A stretch of 64,000 nucleotides of DNA, from the NCBI GenBank assembly GCA_964016885.1, contig OZ024750.1, positions 36,766,001-36,830,000 on the forward strand. The letters run 5' to 3'. This DNA comes from Eledone cirrhosa. Lineage: Eukaryota. Numbering within the stretch: position 1 is the stretch's first letter; every line of letters begins with the position of its first letter. The notes beneath the pieces are model-generated. The model had not been told where the DNA came from. It searched no databases and saw only the letters and a program-made list of their open reading frames with translations. Shown one piece after another: positions 36,801-50,223 of the stretch. A program made the translations under genes and the position numbers.

Positions 36801-37094
36801 TATATATCATATTTAATATAGAAATAGCTTCTGCAGGACTAGAACTGTTTCATTCCAAAGATTGAACCCGGAACTCACACATACACACATGCATGCACAA
36901 ATATATATCATCATCATCATCATCATTTTGCATCCGCTTTTCCCTGCTTGCAAGGGTTGGTCGGGTCCTATTCAGCACAGCATCTCTCCTTAAATAACAG
37001 ATTAAAGTTTAAGCAAAGAATCGCTGCTTTCACCCTTAACGGGATCTTCTGAAATGAGCCCTCTTCGGATTTTAGTCTTCACATTTATTATTAT

Positions 37095-37137
<43 letters not shown>

Positions 37138-37140
<3 letters not shown>

Positions 37141-37740
37141 TGATATGGAGTCACCAATGGAAGCTATGGACCTGACTCCATATCAAGAGAGAGGTGAAGG
37201 ATATAGCAACTAAACTAAGGTTAGATGTTATAATAGAGACACTAACCAACTAAATTGCTTTTATCACTATTAAGGAACATGAAAATAACCTCACGTCCAA
37301 CCCGAAGTGTAGATTAATAAACCCATCGAAATCAGTAAAGTTAGTAAAAGCATTTTAACATTAAGAAGGCCACCAATTTATGGCTGTGGGCAAACAGTGG
37401 AGAAATAATTAAATGGTTTAACAATACCAGTAATAATAGGAGCACCAGAATTATCCAAAAGGAAATTGTAGACTTTTATCCTTTCATCTCCAGAGATCTT
37501 GTAGATTTCACCATTTCACCCATAGAATTTACCCCATTACAGTGAGGATCATAATTTTATAATGCAAATGAGGAGAATGCTGCCCTTCAATGGCATAGAA
37601 AAAAAAAAGCGTTAAGAAGACAGAACCCTAGATTTCACTATTTCATCAATAGATTTTATCCCATAGACAGTGAGGGTCATAAGATGCACCTGAAGAAAAT
37701 GCTCCCAGTGGCACAGAATGGGTAAAGAAAACAGACCCAA
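37138..37740 (+). pseudogene. Penelope-like element reverse transcriptase remnant
   Basis: EVKDIATKLRLD..FITIKEHENNLTSNPKCRLINPSKS..WANSGEIIKWF..EIVDFYPFIS..IMQMRRML.FNG..EWVKK follows the PLE pattern FITLKDHK..P.CRLINP.KS / W.N...VI.WF / FDI.DFYPSI; starts at (TA)n with a 16-bp foldback (37138-37188). Confidence 0.85.
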
Positions 37741-37757
37741 GCACATTATTAGGTGCC

Positions 37758-37942
37758 ATTGGCAGTATCGGTAGAGGGTCAGACACCATGCTTTGATGCA
37801 TAGAGTTACGGCCCTTGCAATTCTGAGTTCAAATCCCGCCGAGGTTAACTTTGCCTTTCATCCTTACGGGGTCGATAAAATAAAGTACCAGTAATGCACT
37901 GGGATAATTGCTGGCCTTGTGCCAAAAGTAGAAACAATTATT
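37758..37942 (+). mobile_element. SINE family A with TSD
   Basis: ATTATTAGGTGCCA on both flanks. Confidence 0.9.
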
Positions 37943-38149
37943 AGGTGCCAGGTTTGATCGCATGGCATTGCATCTTGTACAAGACCTGTAGATAGTATCA
38001 ATAATGGAAAGATCAATGGAAATATTATTTCCTTGGTCCAATTTGATGCAGTGTATCCTGCTCTGTAAGTGAGTCGGGTCTGGGATCTTGTTGGTCATTC
38101 TTTCTTCTTCTTCCATTGGCCTACACATCACTAAGTCCAAAGTCTATCT

Positions 38150-38812
38150 TAAGCCAGAAGGCTCATCAGGCTGATGTTTATCCCAATTTTGTGGCGTGAA
38201 GTAACTGAATGTACAAAACCCACCCTGGATATGATGCCAGTCTGTTGCAGGGTTAAACCCCCAACTATTGTTGACACTCATTTTCAGCTGGAGCAATGTG
38301 AAATGAAGTGTTTTGCTCAAGAAGACAACACACAACCTAGACCAGGAATTGAACCCGTGACATTATGATCCTAAGTCCAAATACACCTACTACTAGGCCA
38401 TGTGCCTCCACATAGATATTCTAAATAATTACAACTAACTGCAATGTTCAGTTTTGCTGAGATTAAAACTTTCCAATGATTTCATTTGGCTTAGAGTGGC
38501 ATTCTATCAGTTACAACAAGTATTCCTGTTGATACATTTAATGGAAAAGCCTACTCGTGAAACTAACATGCAAGTGACTGAGCATTCCACACACATGCCT
38601 TTAACGTAATTCTCAGGGAGATTCAGCGTGATGCAGAATGTGACAAGGCTGGCCCTTTGAATTACAGGTACAATTCATTTTTGCCTGCTGAGTGGATAGG
38701 AGCAGCAGGAAATAAAGTGTCTTGCTCAAGGACACAACACACTGCCAGGAATCAACCTCACGATCTTACGATTGTGAACCAGTTACCCTAATCACAAAGC
38801 CATGTGCCTTCA
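38150..38812 (-). mobile_element. Two older SINEs related to family B
   Basis: GGAGCAATGTGAAATGAAGTG..TTGCTCAAG..GCCATGTGCC at 38150-38410 and 38545-38812, with different tails. Confidence 0.75.
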
Positions 38813-40479
38813 CAGTGGACATCTATAAGCCATGAAAATACTTTGTTGTTTGTCTTAGATCAGCCCTGTTCCTGCAAACCTTTTTTTTTTAAAGTGTTCC
38901 AGCTATGAGTATCTTGTCTTTTATATATCAAGGACTACATTGTCCAATGTATCCTGCTTTATAAGGTATAATCTAATGGGGATTTGGTTGTTAGTTCTAG
39001 ATGGTTGATTAACCATGTAGGTGCTCCCTTGCTATGTATTGTAACATTTGGGAGGTGTCTGGGAGTCTAATATCCTTGAGATACTTCTACTAATATAAAG
39101 TACAAGAACTAGAATTTGCAGCAGTAGCAACTTTTAATAATTAAGCTGCTCTTTATGTTTGCACAGAAAATAGAGTTAAAAATAAAATAAAATAAATATA
39201 TATATGTAAATTCTTTTGTTGATAAAAGTATTTAATATATTATTCACATCAGATATAGAGCTTTGAATTCTTTAGAAATAATTTATTTTTTCTTTTAGAA
39301 GAATACTTTTTCATTTTTTTATTAAAAAAAAAACTGTTTGCAGAGAATTTGAAGATTAAACATTAGATGAAGTATTAATTCTGAACATGTTTTCTCTTTA
39401 TGAAAGCAATTAGTTTTGTCCCAAGTTTGAAGGGTTTTGGAAAGTTATGAGAGCAAAAAAACACATCTATTATCTCCTCCTCTACTACATTTATCATGTA
39501 CCTGCATCATATCTATCCCACCGCCACCCAACAAAACCTGTTATCCTCTGCACCACTAAATTTACCATGTACCTGCATCATATGTACCACTCTGCTTCGA
39601 TCCACCCCACAAAAACATCCATTTGTTTTTATTTGTTTTTAGCAGCATTTTGTTTGTTTGTTTGTTTGTTTGTTTTTTGTTTTCTGTTTCGCATTCCTAT
39701 ATTCAATCAGAATGGCTATTCAAATATTAATATATATTTATTAACTTCTAAACTATATTGTTAACAAACACATTAAGTTTTTTTTTCTCTCCTTCTCACA
39801 AAAAGGAAGACAATGAAATTCTGTTTGTTGACATGGTTGGTTAGCTGCAGGAATCAAACTCTTTATATAGATTTTATATTGAATTCTATTTATGACTAAG
39901 TTTGAGAGAAAAATATATAAGTAATATTAAACAAACATTTGCTGATATATATATATATATATATATGATGATGATGATGATATATATACACACACACATA
40001 TATATGCATATATATATATGTATGTATAATGAAAGGTTCAAATTAAATCTAATGAAATAGTGTTATTTTTCTTGCTTTTGCTGTAACGAGAGATTTTTTT
40101 TTTACTGAGTTTTTATAGAAGCTGAAACTAAGATAGATGCAACATTGATTTATTGAATACAATTTTCTGGAGTATGGGGAACTTATCCTTTATGTCAAAA
40201 TAGCTGATTAATAACATTTTAGCTTGGAAGTCTCAGAAAGGAATCCACTTACAGTCAGTAAAAATTGATGAATATTGATTTTGACGAAAAGAAATTATAA
40301 AAACAGGCAGTGAAAAAGCTAATAGTGAGAAGCTTTCTAGAATTTACAGTAAATGGGAAAATATATGCTCCCATTAATTTTGACTTTATCATATCATGAA
40401 ACTTAAATGCTTTGATATTGTTAATGGAGAAATTCTAACCAGATATTATGCTAGTCTGTACAGTAAACATTATGGATTC

Positions 40480-40662
40480 TGGATTGGCAGTATCGGTAGA
40501 GAGTCAGACGCCATGCTTTCCAGCATAGTTACGTCCCTTTACGGTCTGAGTTCAAATCCCGTCGAGGTTAACTTTGCCTTTCATCCTTACGGGGTCGATA
40601 AAATAAAGTACCAGTAATGTACTGGCTAATTGCTGGCCTTGTGCCTAAAGTAGAAACAATTA
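40480..40662 (+). mobile_element. SINE family A
   Basis: Full body, ATTATGGATTC on both flanks. Confidence 0.9.
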
Positions 40663-40838
40663 TGGATTCAACTAGAAGTTTGTTAACTGTTTGAAAGAAG
40701 AAGAGGTATAAATTATAACAATATATATCATGTTTGTGAATAATAGAAGTAGTAAACCTAAGAGGTGTTTTCTCAAACCATGACTCATTATATTTATTGA
40801 AGATCATCCTACTACAGTTTAATTTCTGTGTTGTTCAG

Positions 40839-40925
40839 ATGTCTTCGTCTTCTTGAGGCATTGAAAACATTTGAGCTCCAGTGTCCTTGGTCGACCATTG
40901 CAGCACACAGATCCATTCCTATAAG
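40839..40925 (+). CDS. Candidate internal coding exon, product unknown
   Basis: TTAATTTCTGTGTTGTTCAG acceptor, 87 nt open (CLRLLEALKTFELQCPWSTIAAHRSIPI), AG|GTCTGT donor, GC above background, not a repeat in this window. Confidence 0.4.
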
Positions 40926-41868
40926 GTCTGTATCCATCTCAATGATTGATTTCAACGTGGAGATTTAGTAGACCCAAATTCAAATATTTCATATGTTCAA
41001 TCTTAACCCTTTAGCATATGCATTACTCTATATTTACTATTGTATTTACATGGTAAAGGCTTTTTCTCACATAATTATCACACATAATATCGAATTTATG
41101 AGATTTTAGTATTATTTATTTTGACCTTAACATTGGTATGAGTGACCTGTTACGGCCGGTTTGAACAGAAAGAAATGAGAGAATTCTGCATTTAGCATTC
41201 ACATTAATTTGTCAAATGTCATGTTTATCTATTCACATTATTTTCAGTTAAGGGCGGTGGATTGGCAGTATCGGTAGAGAGTCGGACACCATGCTTTGCA
41301 GCATAGAGTTACAGTCGAGTTCAAATCCCGCCGAGGTTAACTTTGCCTTTTATCCTTAAGGGGTCAATAAAATCAAAGCAGCAGTAACGTACTGGGGTTG
41401 AGTTAATTGACTTTCCCCTTGCTGTTTACGCAATTGTTGCAAATTTCATTTGTTGTGCTCATAGTTTTGCTCATTTGTGCTCATAGTTTTTGGCAGTAGT
41501 ATATATACTGGTTGGGTGCCCTTCCTAACACCAGCACTACTTTACAGCATGGACTGGGTGCTTTTATTCATGCCACCAGCGCTAGAGAGGTTGTCTTACT
41601 AGACTCAGGGGCCCTCTTTACCCCTCCATTTTACAGCATGGACTGGGTGCTTTTATTCATGCCACCAGCACTAGAGAGGTCGTCTTACTGGACTGAGAGG
41701 CCCTATCCACCCCTCCATCGCCCCTTGTCTGCTCGATTATATATTCACGAGTGGTTTTCATACAGCGTCGGGCATATATACCGAACGTGGTGGAGGTGGG
41801 GTGGGTGGGATTGAAATGAGAAGGAAATAAGGCTATACGCACAAATTTATATATCAACATTTATATCA

Positions 41869-42217
41869 CATCATCATCATCATCATCATTTTATTTTACG
41901 TCCGCTTTTTCCCTGCTTGCAAGGGTGGGACGGGAACTGATTCTGGCTTGCTTTCTACAGCTGGATGCCCTTCCTAACACCAACCTCATTTACAGTGAGT
42001 GATGGGTGCTTTTTTGCTGTGGCACCTCCACGACCACTTTGCAGTGGAATGATATGGACCCCAGTCCCTATCATCTCATTTCTACAGCTTACTAAACTGG
42101 AGCAATGTGAAATAAAGTGTCTTGCTCAAGGAAACAACACATCACCCGGTGTGAGAATTGAACTCACAACCTTTCGATTGCAAGGTCAATGCTCTAACGA
42201 CTAAGCCATGTGCCTCC
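41869..42217 (-). mobile_element. SINE family B
   Basis: Full copy with (CAT)n. Confidence 0.93.
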
Positions 42218-42538
42218 ATATATATATGAATATATATATATATATATATGTATATGCATATATCTATATATATGTATATCTCATGCAAACCAAAAAGTTT
42301 GGATATACGAATAATAATAAATATTGCCTGTACAGCTAATCAAAGGGTGTATACATTTTGGGGGGACACCCTGTATATATATATATATATATATATACTG
42401 GTGTGAGTGTATATATATGTATATGATGATGAATGTATGTATTGTATATTTGGCAATATACTGTATGTTTAATTAAAAACATTTTGAAAACTATTTATTT
42501 TAAAGTTTTAAAGTAGTGACGATGTCACTTACTTATTC

Positions 42539-42627
42539 TCGGCAAAAACAGCAGAGAGTGATTGTCAGACAGTCTGTTTCTCGCTTGTTAGCGTTTATCA
42601 AGACCCCATACTCTGCTGCCTTTGTCG
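42539..42627 (-). ncRNA. Hammerhead motif, U3-A8 core, long extended stem I
   Basis: Minus strand: CGACAAAGGCAGCAGAG..GTC-TTGATAA-A-CGCT-aaca-AGCG-A-GAAACAG-a-CTGTC-TGAC..CTCTGCTGTTTTTGCCG. Confidence 0.6.
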
Positions 42628-42917
42628 ATAATTATAGAAGCTGGATTCTTATAGAATTCCAGTAATAATCAGTATATTGCTAAATATACTATACATACAT
42701 CCATGTATACATCGTATTTCAGAACACCAATACTATTATATATATATATATAAAGGATAACAAAATATCGTTATAGGTAATCCAATTAGAGGCTGTGAAT
42801 ACTTCTTCTTATGGATAGTTTTAGCATATGGCTTTGCTTGATTCAACAAGAGGTTTATGTAGATGACGAGTTTATGATTTCACTTGTATTCCTATGTAAG
42901 TTTATCTTGGAGTAATA

Positions 42918-43849
42918 AAATTGAAAAAGTGGAGAATAACATAGTCAACAGTACAAAAAAGGCAATTTATTTGCAGTCTAACAATTATTTCACTGATAGA
43001 GTTGTCTAAAAATTGCTGAACACTAAAAGCAGTGCCACTCAATTTTAAATACAATGTTAACTCTATTAGATCATTGGAAACTGTTAAAACAAATATATAT
43101 ATGTAACCGGCAAATTTACAAATTCAAATTACATCATCAATAATAATTGCTTCTACTTTTGGCACAAGGCCAGCAATTACCCAGTGTATTACTGGTACTT
43201 TATTTTATCAACTCAATAATAATATTAATAATAAAGATATAGAGAGAAAAGGAGGAAGAAAGGGAGATAGATACAGTAAAGAAAAAAAAGGAAAGGAAGG
43301 AGATAGAAGAAGGAAAAAGAGAAAGAAGAAAAGGAGAAATTATTATAGATAGAAATATAAAGAGAGGAAGATATATAAAGAGAGGAAGATATATATCTTC
43401 CTCTCTTTATATTTCTATCTATAATAATTTCTCCTTTTCTTCTTTCTCTTTTTCCTTCTTCTATCTCCTTCCTTTCCTTTTTTTTCTTTACTGTATCTAT
43501 CTCCCTTTCTTCCTCCTTTTCTCTCTATATCTTTATTATTAATATTATTATTGAGTTGATAAAATAAAATACCAGTAATACACTGGGTAATTGCTGGCCT
43601 TGTGCCAAAAGTAGAAGCAATTATTATTGATGATGTAATTTGAATTTGTAAATTTGCCGGTTACATATATATATTTGTTTTAACAGTTTCCAATGATCTA
43701 ATAGAGTTAACATCGTATTTAAAATTGAGTGGCACTGCTTTTAGTGTTCAGCAATTTTTAGACAACTCTATCAGTGAAATAATTGTTAGACTGCAAATAA
43801 ATCGCCTTTTTTGTACTGTTGACCATGTTATTCTCCACTTTTTCAATTT
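42918..43849. repeat. ~930-bp palindrome centred at 43392/43393
   Basis: Arms 475 and 457 bp (18-bp duplication in the left arm), a handful of substitutions, no spacer; a SINE A tail is mirrored at 43143-43212 / 43553-43627. Confidence 0.95.
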
Positions 43850-44002
43850 ATATATATATATATATATATATAAAATTGAAGAAGTGGAGAATAACATGGT
43901 ATGTATAGGTATGTATATATAGGTATGTATATATTTATGTACATCTATACGTTAATGAACTTGTTTTGCAAGGTTTTTGATATGAAATCGTGTGTTAGAA
44001 CA

Positions 44003-44129
44003 AATATTGTTATATTTGGGGAGGGCCATGTTAGAATATTGCTAGAAATATACAGTAAAGGGAGTGTGTTTTTCTACATATTTCTGGCAATATTATAACA
44101 ACATGACCCTCTCCAAATATAACAATATA
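44003..44129. repeat. Diverged foldback next to (TA)n
   Basis: ATATTGTTATATTTGGGGAGGGCCATGTT..AATATTGCTAGAAATAT / ATATTTCTGGCAATATT..AACATGACCCTCTCCAAATATAACAATAT. Confidence 0.85.
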
Positions 44130-44866
44130 TATATACATATATATATATATATACATCCCATCTAAACCCATGCTAGCGTGGAAAATAGACATTAAACGAT
44201 GATGATGATGATGACATACATAGAGAGAGAGAGATAGAGAGAGATAGAGAGCAAATAATGACAAATAAAACTAAACAAAGTAATGTTTTACACAGTATAT
44301 GTTAATCCTTTACCCTTTATATATTTCTACTACATTGTACCAGTTCATTGTTTTACAACCATTTTTCCAAGGGTCAATTGATCAATGGAGACCGATGTAT
44401 CAACTAGCATGTTAGCGTTGATGTTACTACCTATTTCTAGTCTCAAAAACCCTGTTCAATCCGCCGTCCTCCTCAGAAATACTCTATATATAAATATTCC
44501 TGTTAGGGCAAGCATGGCATGTTAACAAGATTATGAAGCAAAACTATTGGCAACTTCTATTGTATACTTAATAATTTTGGAATATATTGAAATCAAACAG
44601 AATGCAAGGCCACGTTTTCAAAAATGCTGAATTAATGCTTTCAATGTTTGGCAATTTGCCACAAGAAGTTAAGTATCATATATGGATTTAAGATTGCCCT
44701 AAGAGGTCAATAGAAAGAGAATTTTGGGCTGAAAGACTGCATAATCTGAACAGAAAACTTTCAAATGTCTATGTTGACACAGTGACACCAAAAATATTAC
44801 TGAATCCTTTTCTTTCACTAAACCGATACGGAAATATACTTATATACATTATTTAAGGAAAACAGG

Positions 44867-45054
44867 GCGGTGGATTGGCAGTATCGGTAGAGGGTCGGAT
44901 GCCATGCTTTCCAGCATAGTTACGTCCCTTTACGATCTGAGTTCAAATCCGGCCGAGGTTGATTTTGCCTTTCATCCTTACGGGGTCGATAAAATAAAGT
45001 ACCAGTAATGCACTGGGTAATTGCTGGCCTTGTGCCTAAAAGTAGAAACAATTA
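44867..45054 (+). mobile_element. SINE family A with TSD
   Basis: ATTATTTAAGGAAAACA on both flanks. Confidence 0.93.
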
Positions 45055-46057
45055 TTTAAGGAAAACATCAGTGAGTACAGACACTATCAATATAAATGTT
45101 TAGTCCAGAAGTTCTCAAACCTTTTGACCCACCGCCCCCCCTCACGGCCACATAATACCCTCAGCCTCCCCACCCCTATTTCTAGAGAGACCTGCCTACA
45201 CGCAAATTGTAAATAAAATATCTATCTGTATACTACTAAAACTCTGTGTTTGCTTGCTCGTCTGTAATGTAATACAGCCAAAAGGGCGCATAATGGGAAA
45301 ATACTTTGAAAGGAAATTGCCCTTGAAATGGGAATACAAATGGAACAAAACAAGTTTCACATAAATCGGAGCAAGGGTTCCTGAGATATGGGGTTTTCTG
45401 CATACCTTCATAAATAGAGAGAGAGAAGGATAGAGAGAAAGAGAAAGTGGTTGTGAGAGAGTAGATTGAGAGTGAAACATAGAGAGGGAGAGAGAAGTAT
45501 AATGGAAGAGAGGGAGAGAGAGAGCTAGTGGTGTTGTTGAATGAAATTACAACCGGTGACTTCAAAGAAACGAATACAGCATTACTGTATCCTGCTAAAT
45601 AGAAAGGGTTTCTAAGTGTGTGTGAATATATGTATATATATAATAAAAATGTTTGTGAAGAAATAGGGGCTGTGTAGTTGCTCGATAAAGTATATTTATA
45701 AATAAGAGGAAGGCATGAACGGGGGAAGTTTCCCTTCATCAGTTGTCTGCTGGAGATCACGAACATTTCTATGCATTAAAGACAATATGTCTTGCTCCAG
45801 TGCGTCAATAACTAATGGAAGTTATTGGGGAAAAAGGTCAGACCTGTTTTTTTTTTGCTCCTTGCTTCACCGTCTACACAGCCTTGTTCTTAAATCCAGT
45901 AGCTCATGTGACAGCCTTTCTTTCTCTTCCATTGCTACTACACATGCTTTTCGTGTTTCCCTCTTTGGTATCTTTTTTTCTCCTTTTTTTCTTTCTTTTT
46001 TCCTTACTGTTATATATATATTTTTTTTCTCTTTCTCCTTTTTTCCCCAATAACTTA

Positions 46058-46943
46058 CAGGGTGCGGACGATATTTGTTCGCAAGATTACTGTCTAGGAA
46101 AAAATAACACAGTAGTTTTATTTTTTAAGATTTATTTATCAAACTTGGGTCAGTTTGTCTTCATGACTTGTTCTTTCGATCTCACTCGATAAACCCGCCA
46201 TTGGCTTTGATGACGGCCTCAAGGCGGCCTCGAAATCGGCTACAGGCCTTCGTCACTGTCCCCCAGCTTAGGCCCCTAAAGGCACTTGTGATCCTGGCCT
46301 TCAGATCGTCTTTCGTATTGCAGCTAGATCTGTTGGTGTCTCGTTCCATTGCGCCCCACACAAAGAAGTCAAGGGGGTTGCAGTCAGGCGAGCTGGGAGG
46401 CTAGATGTCAGGTGAAATGTGGTCGACGAAGTTCTCTGACAGCCAAGCTTGGGTCTTTCGGCTGGTATGGCAGGGCACTGAGTCTTGCTGCCACACGTAT
46501 GGCCTACCAGCAGCTACCTGGTCGATACAGGGCTTTACTTCCTCGCTCAGAACGTGGATGTAGCCATCGGTGTTCAGCTTGAGGCCCTCAGGGTAGAAGT
46601 GAGGTGGCATGATGTCACCTTGACTGCTGACAACACCTAAGATCAATGTCACTGGAAACTTTGTCTGCATGACTCTGGGCACGTTTTTGGATGAGACAGT
46701 GAGCCACCTGTTGTTCTGGGAGTTGATATTCTGGTCTTATCTGTCCTCCCGGCGTGGAATCCAAGAAGAACTCTGTGTCTCTTCCACAAATTTGGAGGTT
46801 CAAAATTATTCATAATCAATTATTCTGAAAATAAATAATGGAAATATAGTCACTGTTTTTATGAAGACAAGAGTGACAACGGAAGTAAAAAAAATTTGCA
46901 TAAAATTAGCAGTTGAAAATTGCGAACAAATATCGTCCGCACC

Positions 46944-46946
<3 letters not shown>
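46058..46946 (-). mobile_element. Internally deleted Tc1/mariner-superfamily transposon, DD37D (maT) type
   Basis: Perfect 27-bp TIRs CAGGGTGCGGACGATATTTGTTCGCAA with TA TSD; QQDSVPCH...*PPSSPDCNPLD gives 37 residues between the last two Asp; in-frame stop. Confidence 0.93.
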
Positions 46947-46992
<46 letters not shown>

Positions 46993-47421
46993 TATATGCA
47001 TCCCTAGTATATATAATGTAAAAAGTGATAAATGTAAGAAGGCTAAAACAATACAAAATGGAAGGTAAGGTGAAGGTAATGGAAAAGTTAGTTACCTGGT
47101 AATCTTTGGTTTTTGTTGTTGCTTCTTTCGTCCTAATATTTTGTCAGAATATAAGGAACTCTCACAGAAAAACATTCCCGTCTATTCATTTTGAAATTAG
47201 ATTTAGATGTAAAATGTATAAACCGCTTTCCAGCATTGTTTGACATTTGCTATAGTATTCAAGAGAAGCAGGAGTATGATGTCAATTGCTGTATGTAAAT
47301 TAAGTATTTTTCATATTACTTTAAAAACCACGAAAAGCAGTGTTTTTCTTATCAAGTTCTACTGCGTTTCTGCTGTATCTTACATTAGAAATATAGTAAC
47401 AAAACGGTTAATATTATTTTA

Positions 47422-47850
47422 GGGTGGATTGGCATTATCGGTAGAGGGTCAGACACCATGCTTTCCAACACAGAGTTGCGGCCCTTTACGGTCTAAGTTC
47501 AAATCCCGCCGAGGTTAACTTTGCCTTTCATCCTTACGGGGTCGATAAAATAAAGTACCAGTAATGCACTGGGTTAATGGCTGGCCTTGTGCCAAAAGTA
47601 GAAACAATTATTTTAGGGCAGTGGATTGGCGGTATTGGTAGAGTGTCAAACATGATTTTCATTATAAAGTTACATCCATTTATGTTCTGAGTTCAAATCT
47701 CACCGAGGTTAGCTTTGCCTTTCGTCATTACAGGGTTGATAAAATAAAACACCAGTTTAGCACTGGGGTCAATTTAGTCGAATTTCCCCTCCATCAAAAT
47801 TGTTGATCTTGTGCCTAAATCACAAACCATCATTTTAGGGCAGTGGATTC
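47422..47850 (+). mobile_element. Tandem SINE family A copies
   Basis: 47422-47611 and an older copy at 47618-47830. Confidence 0.88.
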
Positions 47851-50223
47851 GCATATTTTGGCAAATAGAACAGTAGGTTTTCTGCAGTGGAAAGATACTT
47901 TTGGTATGGTATGGTCCCATAACTCGTGATAGAGTCGTAGGAGTGCCATATTGACATACAGTGTTTCTTGGGCATTTCTTAAGATTGGCAGAGCCCATCT
48001 CCTCTCCAGGTGCAAGTGCAGCAAATTTCTTCCAGTGAAAGATAGAAAGTGAGATAGAGATATAGAGGAAGAATCAACCCCAATACTAGACTGGTAGTTT
48101 TTTTTATCAACCTTGAAAGGATGAAAGGCAATGTTTGAGAAGCTTTGCTGCCAGACTGTTTTCTATATTTGGGTCAACTTACATCTGTGAACAGAGTTTT
48201 TCCTGTCTTAAAATAAACACGTCCAAGAAATATCCATGTTTTCAGACACAAACCTACATGTTGTGCTGATAATTTCTACCAGTAACCCTGTACCAAATTT
48301 TGACCGCATTAAATCACTTGGTCTGGTATGTTTTGTGATATACAGATACAAATCGAAGAAAACTTTGTTTTTAGATTTTGTATTTAATCATCTTATTAAT
48401 TTATGTATTACAATGATGCAGTTTATATTTTCTATTTTCTAAATTCTAACTGAAGAAAAGTAAGGTTACTGGCACACAATATCCAATAATAAATGGTTCG
48501 GCCCTCAGGTATTCATGATCCAGTCAATGTGGACCCCGATCCAAAAAGTTTGCACAACCCTGATCTAATATATACACTCATTAGTTAGATTTATATGGAA
48601 TTATACTTGTCATGTCTCATGATGGGCTGTGTATAGTTTACTTTCATTAGTAAGACAATATTATGCATTTAACCAACTTTGAACCCCTAATTCAAGCAGC
48701 CACTGGTAACAGTTTTCCGTCTTTAAGATTATTTAACCAATATGTATAAGCTATTTTATAGCACTTGATTAATTGCAGTTATTTTCTGAATTTGAACAGC
48801 CTACACCTTCATATAAATTTCCTCAGCGCTTTGTAAGTTTGAAAATTTGAGCATTTGAGCTTCACACACAATATTTCTAACTGTTTTCTATATATTGCAT
48901 ATATGTATGGTCCTCTAACTCCTAAGTGAGTTGTAGGGGAGCCATATTGACATGCAACATTTCTAGAGCATTTTAAAACCTGATGTAGCTCATCTCCTCC
49001 CCAGGTCTAAATACAACAGATTTCTTCCAGAGATAGATAGAGAAGAGAGACTGGGGGAATAGAAGTGAGAAAGAGATATATAGAGGAAGAATCGACCAGA
49101 TTATTAGACTGGTACATTTTTTATCGACCTCAAATGGTTGAAAGTCAAAGTAGGCCTCAGCAGGATTTGAACTCGGAGACTAGAGAGGCAAAACTAATAA
49201 TGCAAAGCATTCTATCTGATGTTCTAAATACTCTCTCTGCCAATTTGCTGCATTTTCTATATATTTCAGAAGTGAGAAAGAAGCAAAACCAACATGAATC
49301 AAAGTAAGAATATAAATTGCAATATAACCAGATATGATCTGAAGGACTTAACCTTAAATTTGAATTATTATCGGCCATATAATAATTTACTGTTAGTGTG
49401 TTTTACATCTGTCACATTCCTGCTTTAGCTGCTCTGACAGTTTCTATTTACAATTACATTTAATTCATTGATTTATTTTTATCACTACACATTAATTCTT
49501 AACTTTTATCCCTGTTCTACAAGTTCTCTAGTTAATTGACAGCAATTTCAGGGAACATGAGAGAACATTGGCGGAAGAGGAGGAGAAGTAGAAGAGGAGG
49601 AGGAAGAAACAATCATGATTCATTATGTCAGAGATAATGATTGAAGAATGAAAATTAGTTTAACAAGAACTCTCCTTGAAAGTAGAAAATTTGAAATCTT
49701 GTAAATACCATACTGAATAAGAAAAGACATGAAGCTTATAAAATTCCATTAAATAATTATTGAGTAATATCAAAATATATATGTTGTCCAACTGAAAGAC
49801 ACCTTATCTGAAGGTTTTGTGCAAAACAACATTTATCTGATAGTACAGACAGCAAAGCTTGTTAATCTTTCAAGCAATGCTAGTCAATAGAGAAAGTATT
49901 GGTGGGAAATCTAGTCTTATTTTATAAGGAAATAATTAATTTACTTCATTGTTTAGATCAATTCATTTTTGAATACTTATGAATTCCTTCCATGTTAGGA
50001 ACAGAAATTCATTGGTTACATAAGCTTGTAGTAAAATGATTTCTGCAACAATATAATTGGATTTATACAAATAAGCATCTCCAGAAAACAGAATTTAAAT
50101 TAAGTCTTCTGCTTTAGAAAACTTATTTGAATGTCATGTTACATTATTTATCTAAATATGGATTACAAATAAAATTATGAATCATATTTGTTGTTAAAAA
50201 TCGTAGTTCAAATTAATTCAATT

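Noticed and set aside
38150-38180. Minus-strand CTGATGAGCC..GGCT
   Set aside because: No GAAA or NUH; part of an old SINE tail
45715-45748. Minus-strand CTGATGAAGGGAAAC
   Set aside because: Stem II absent and stem I does not pair; at most a relic
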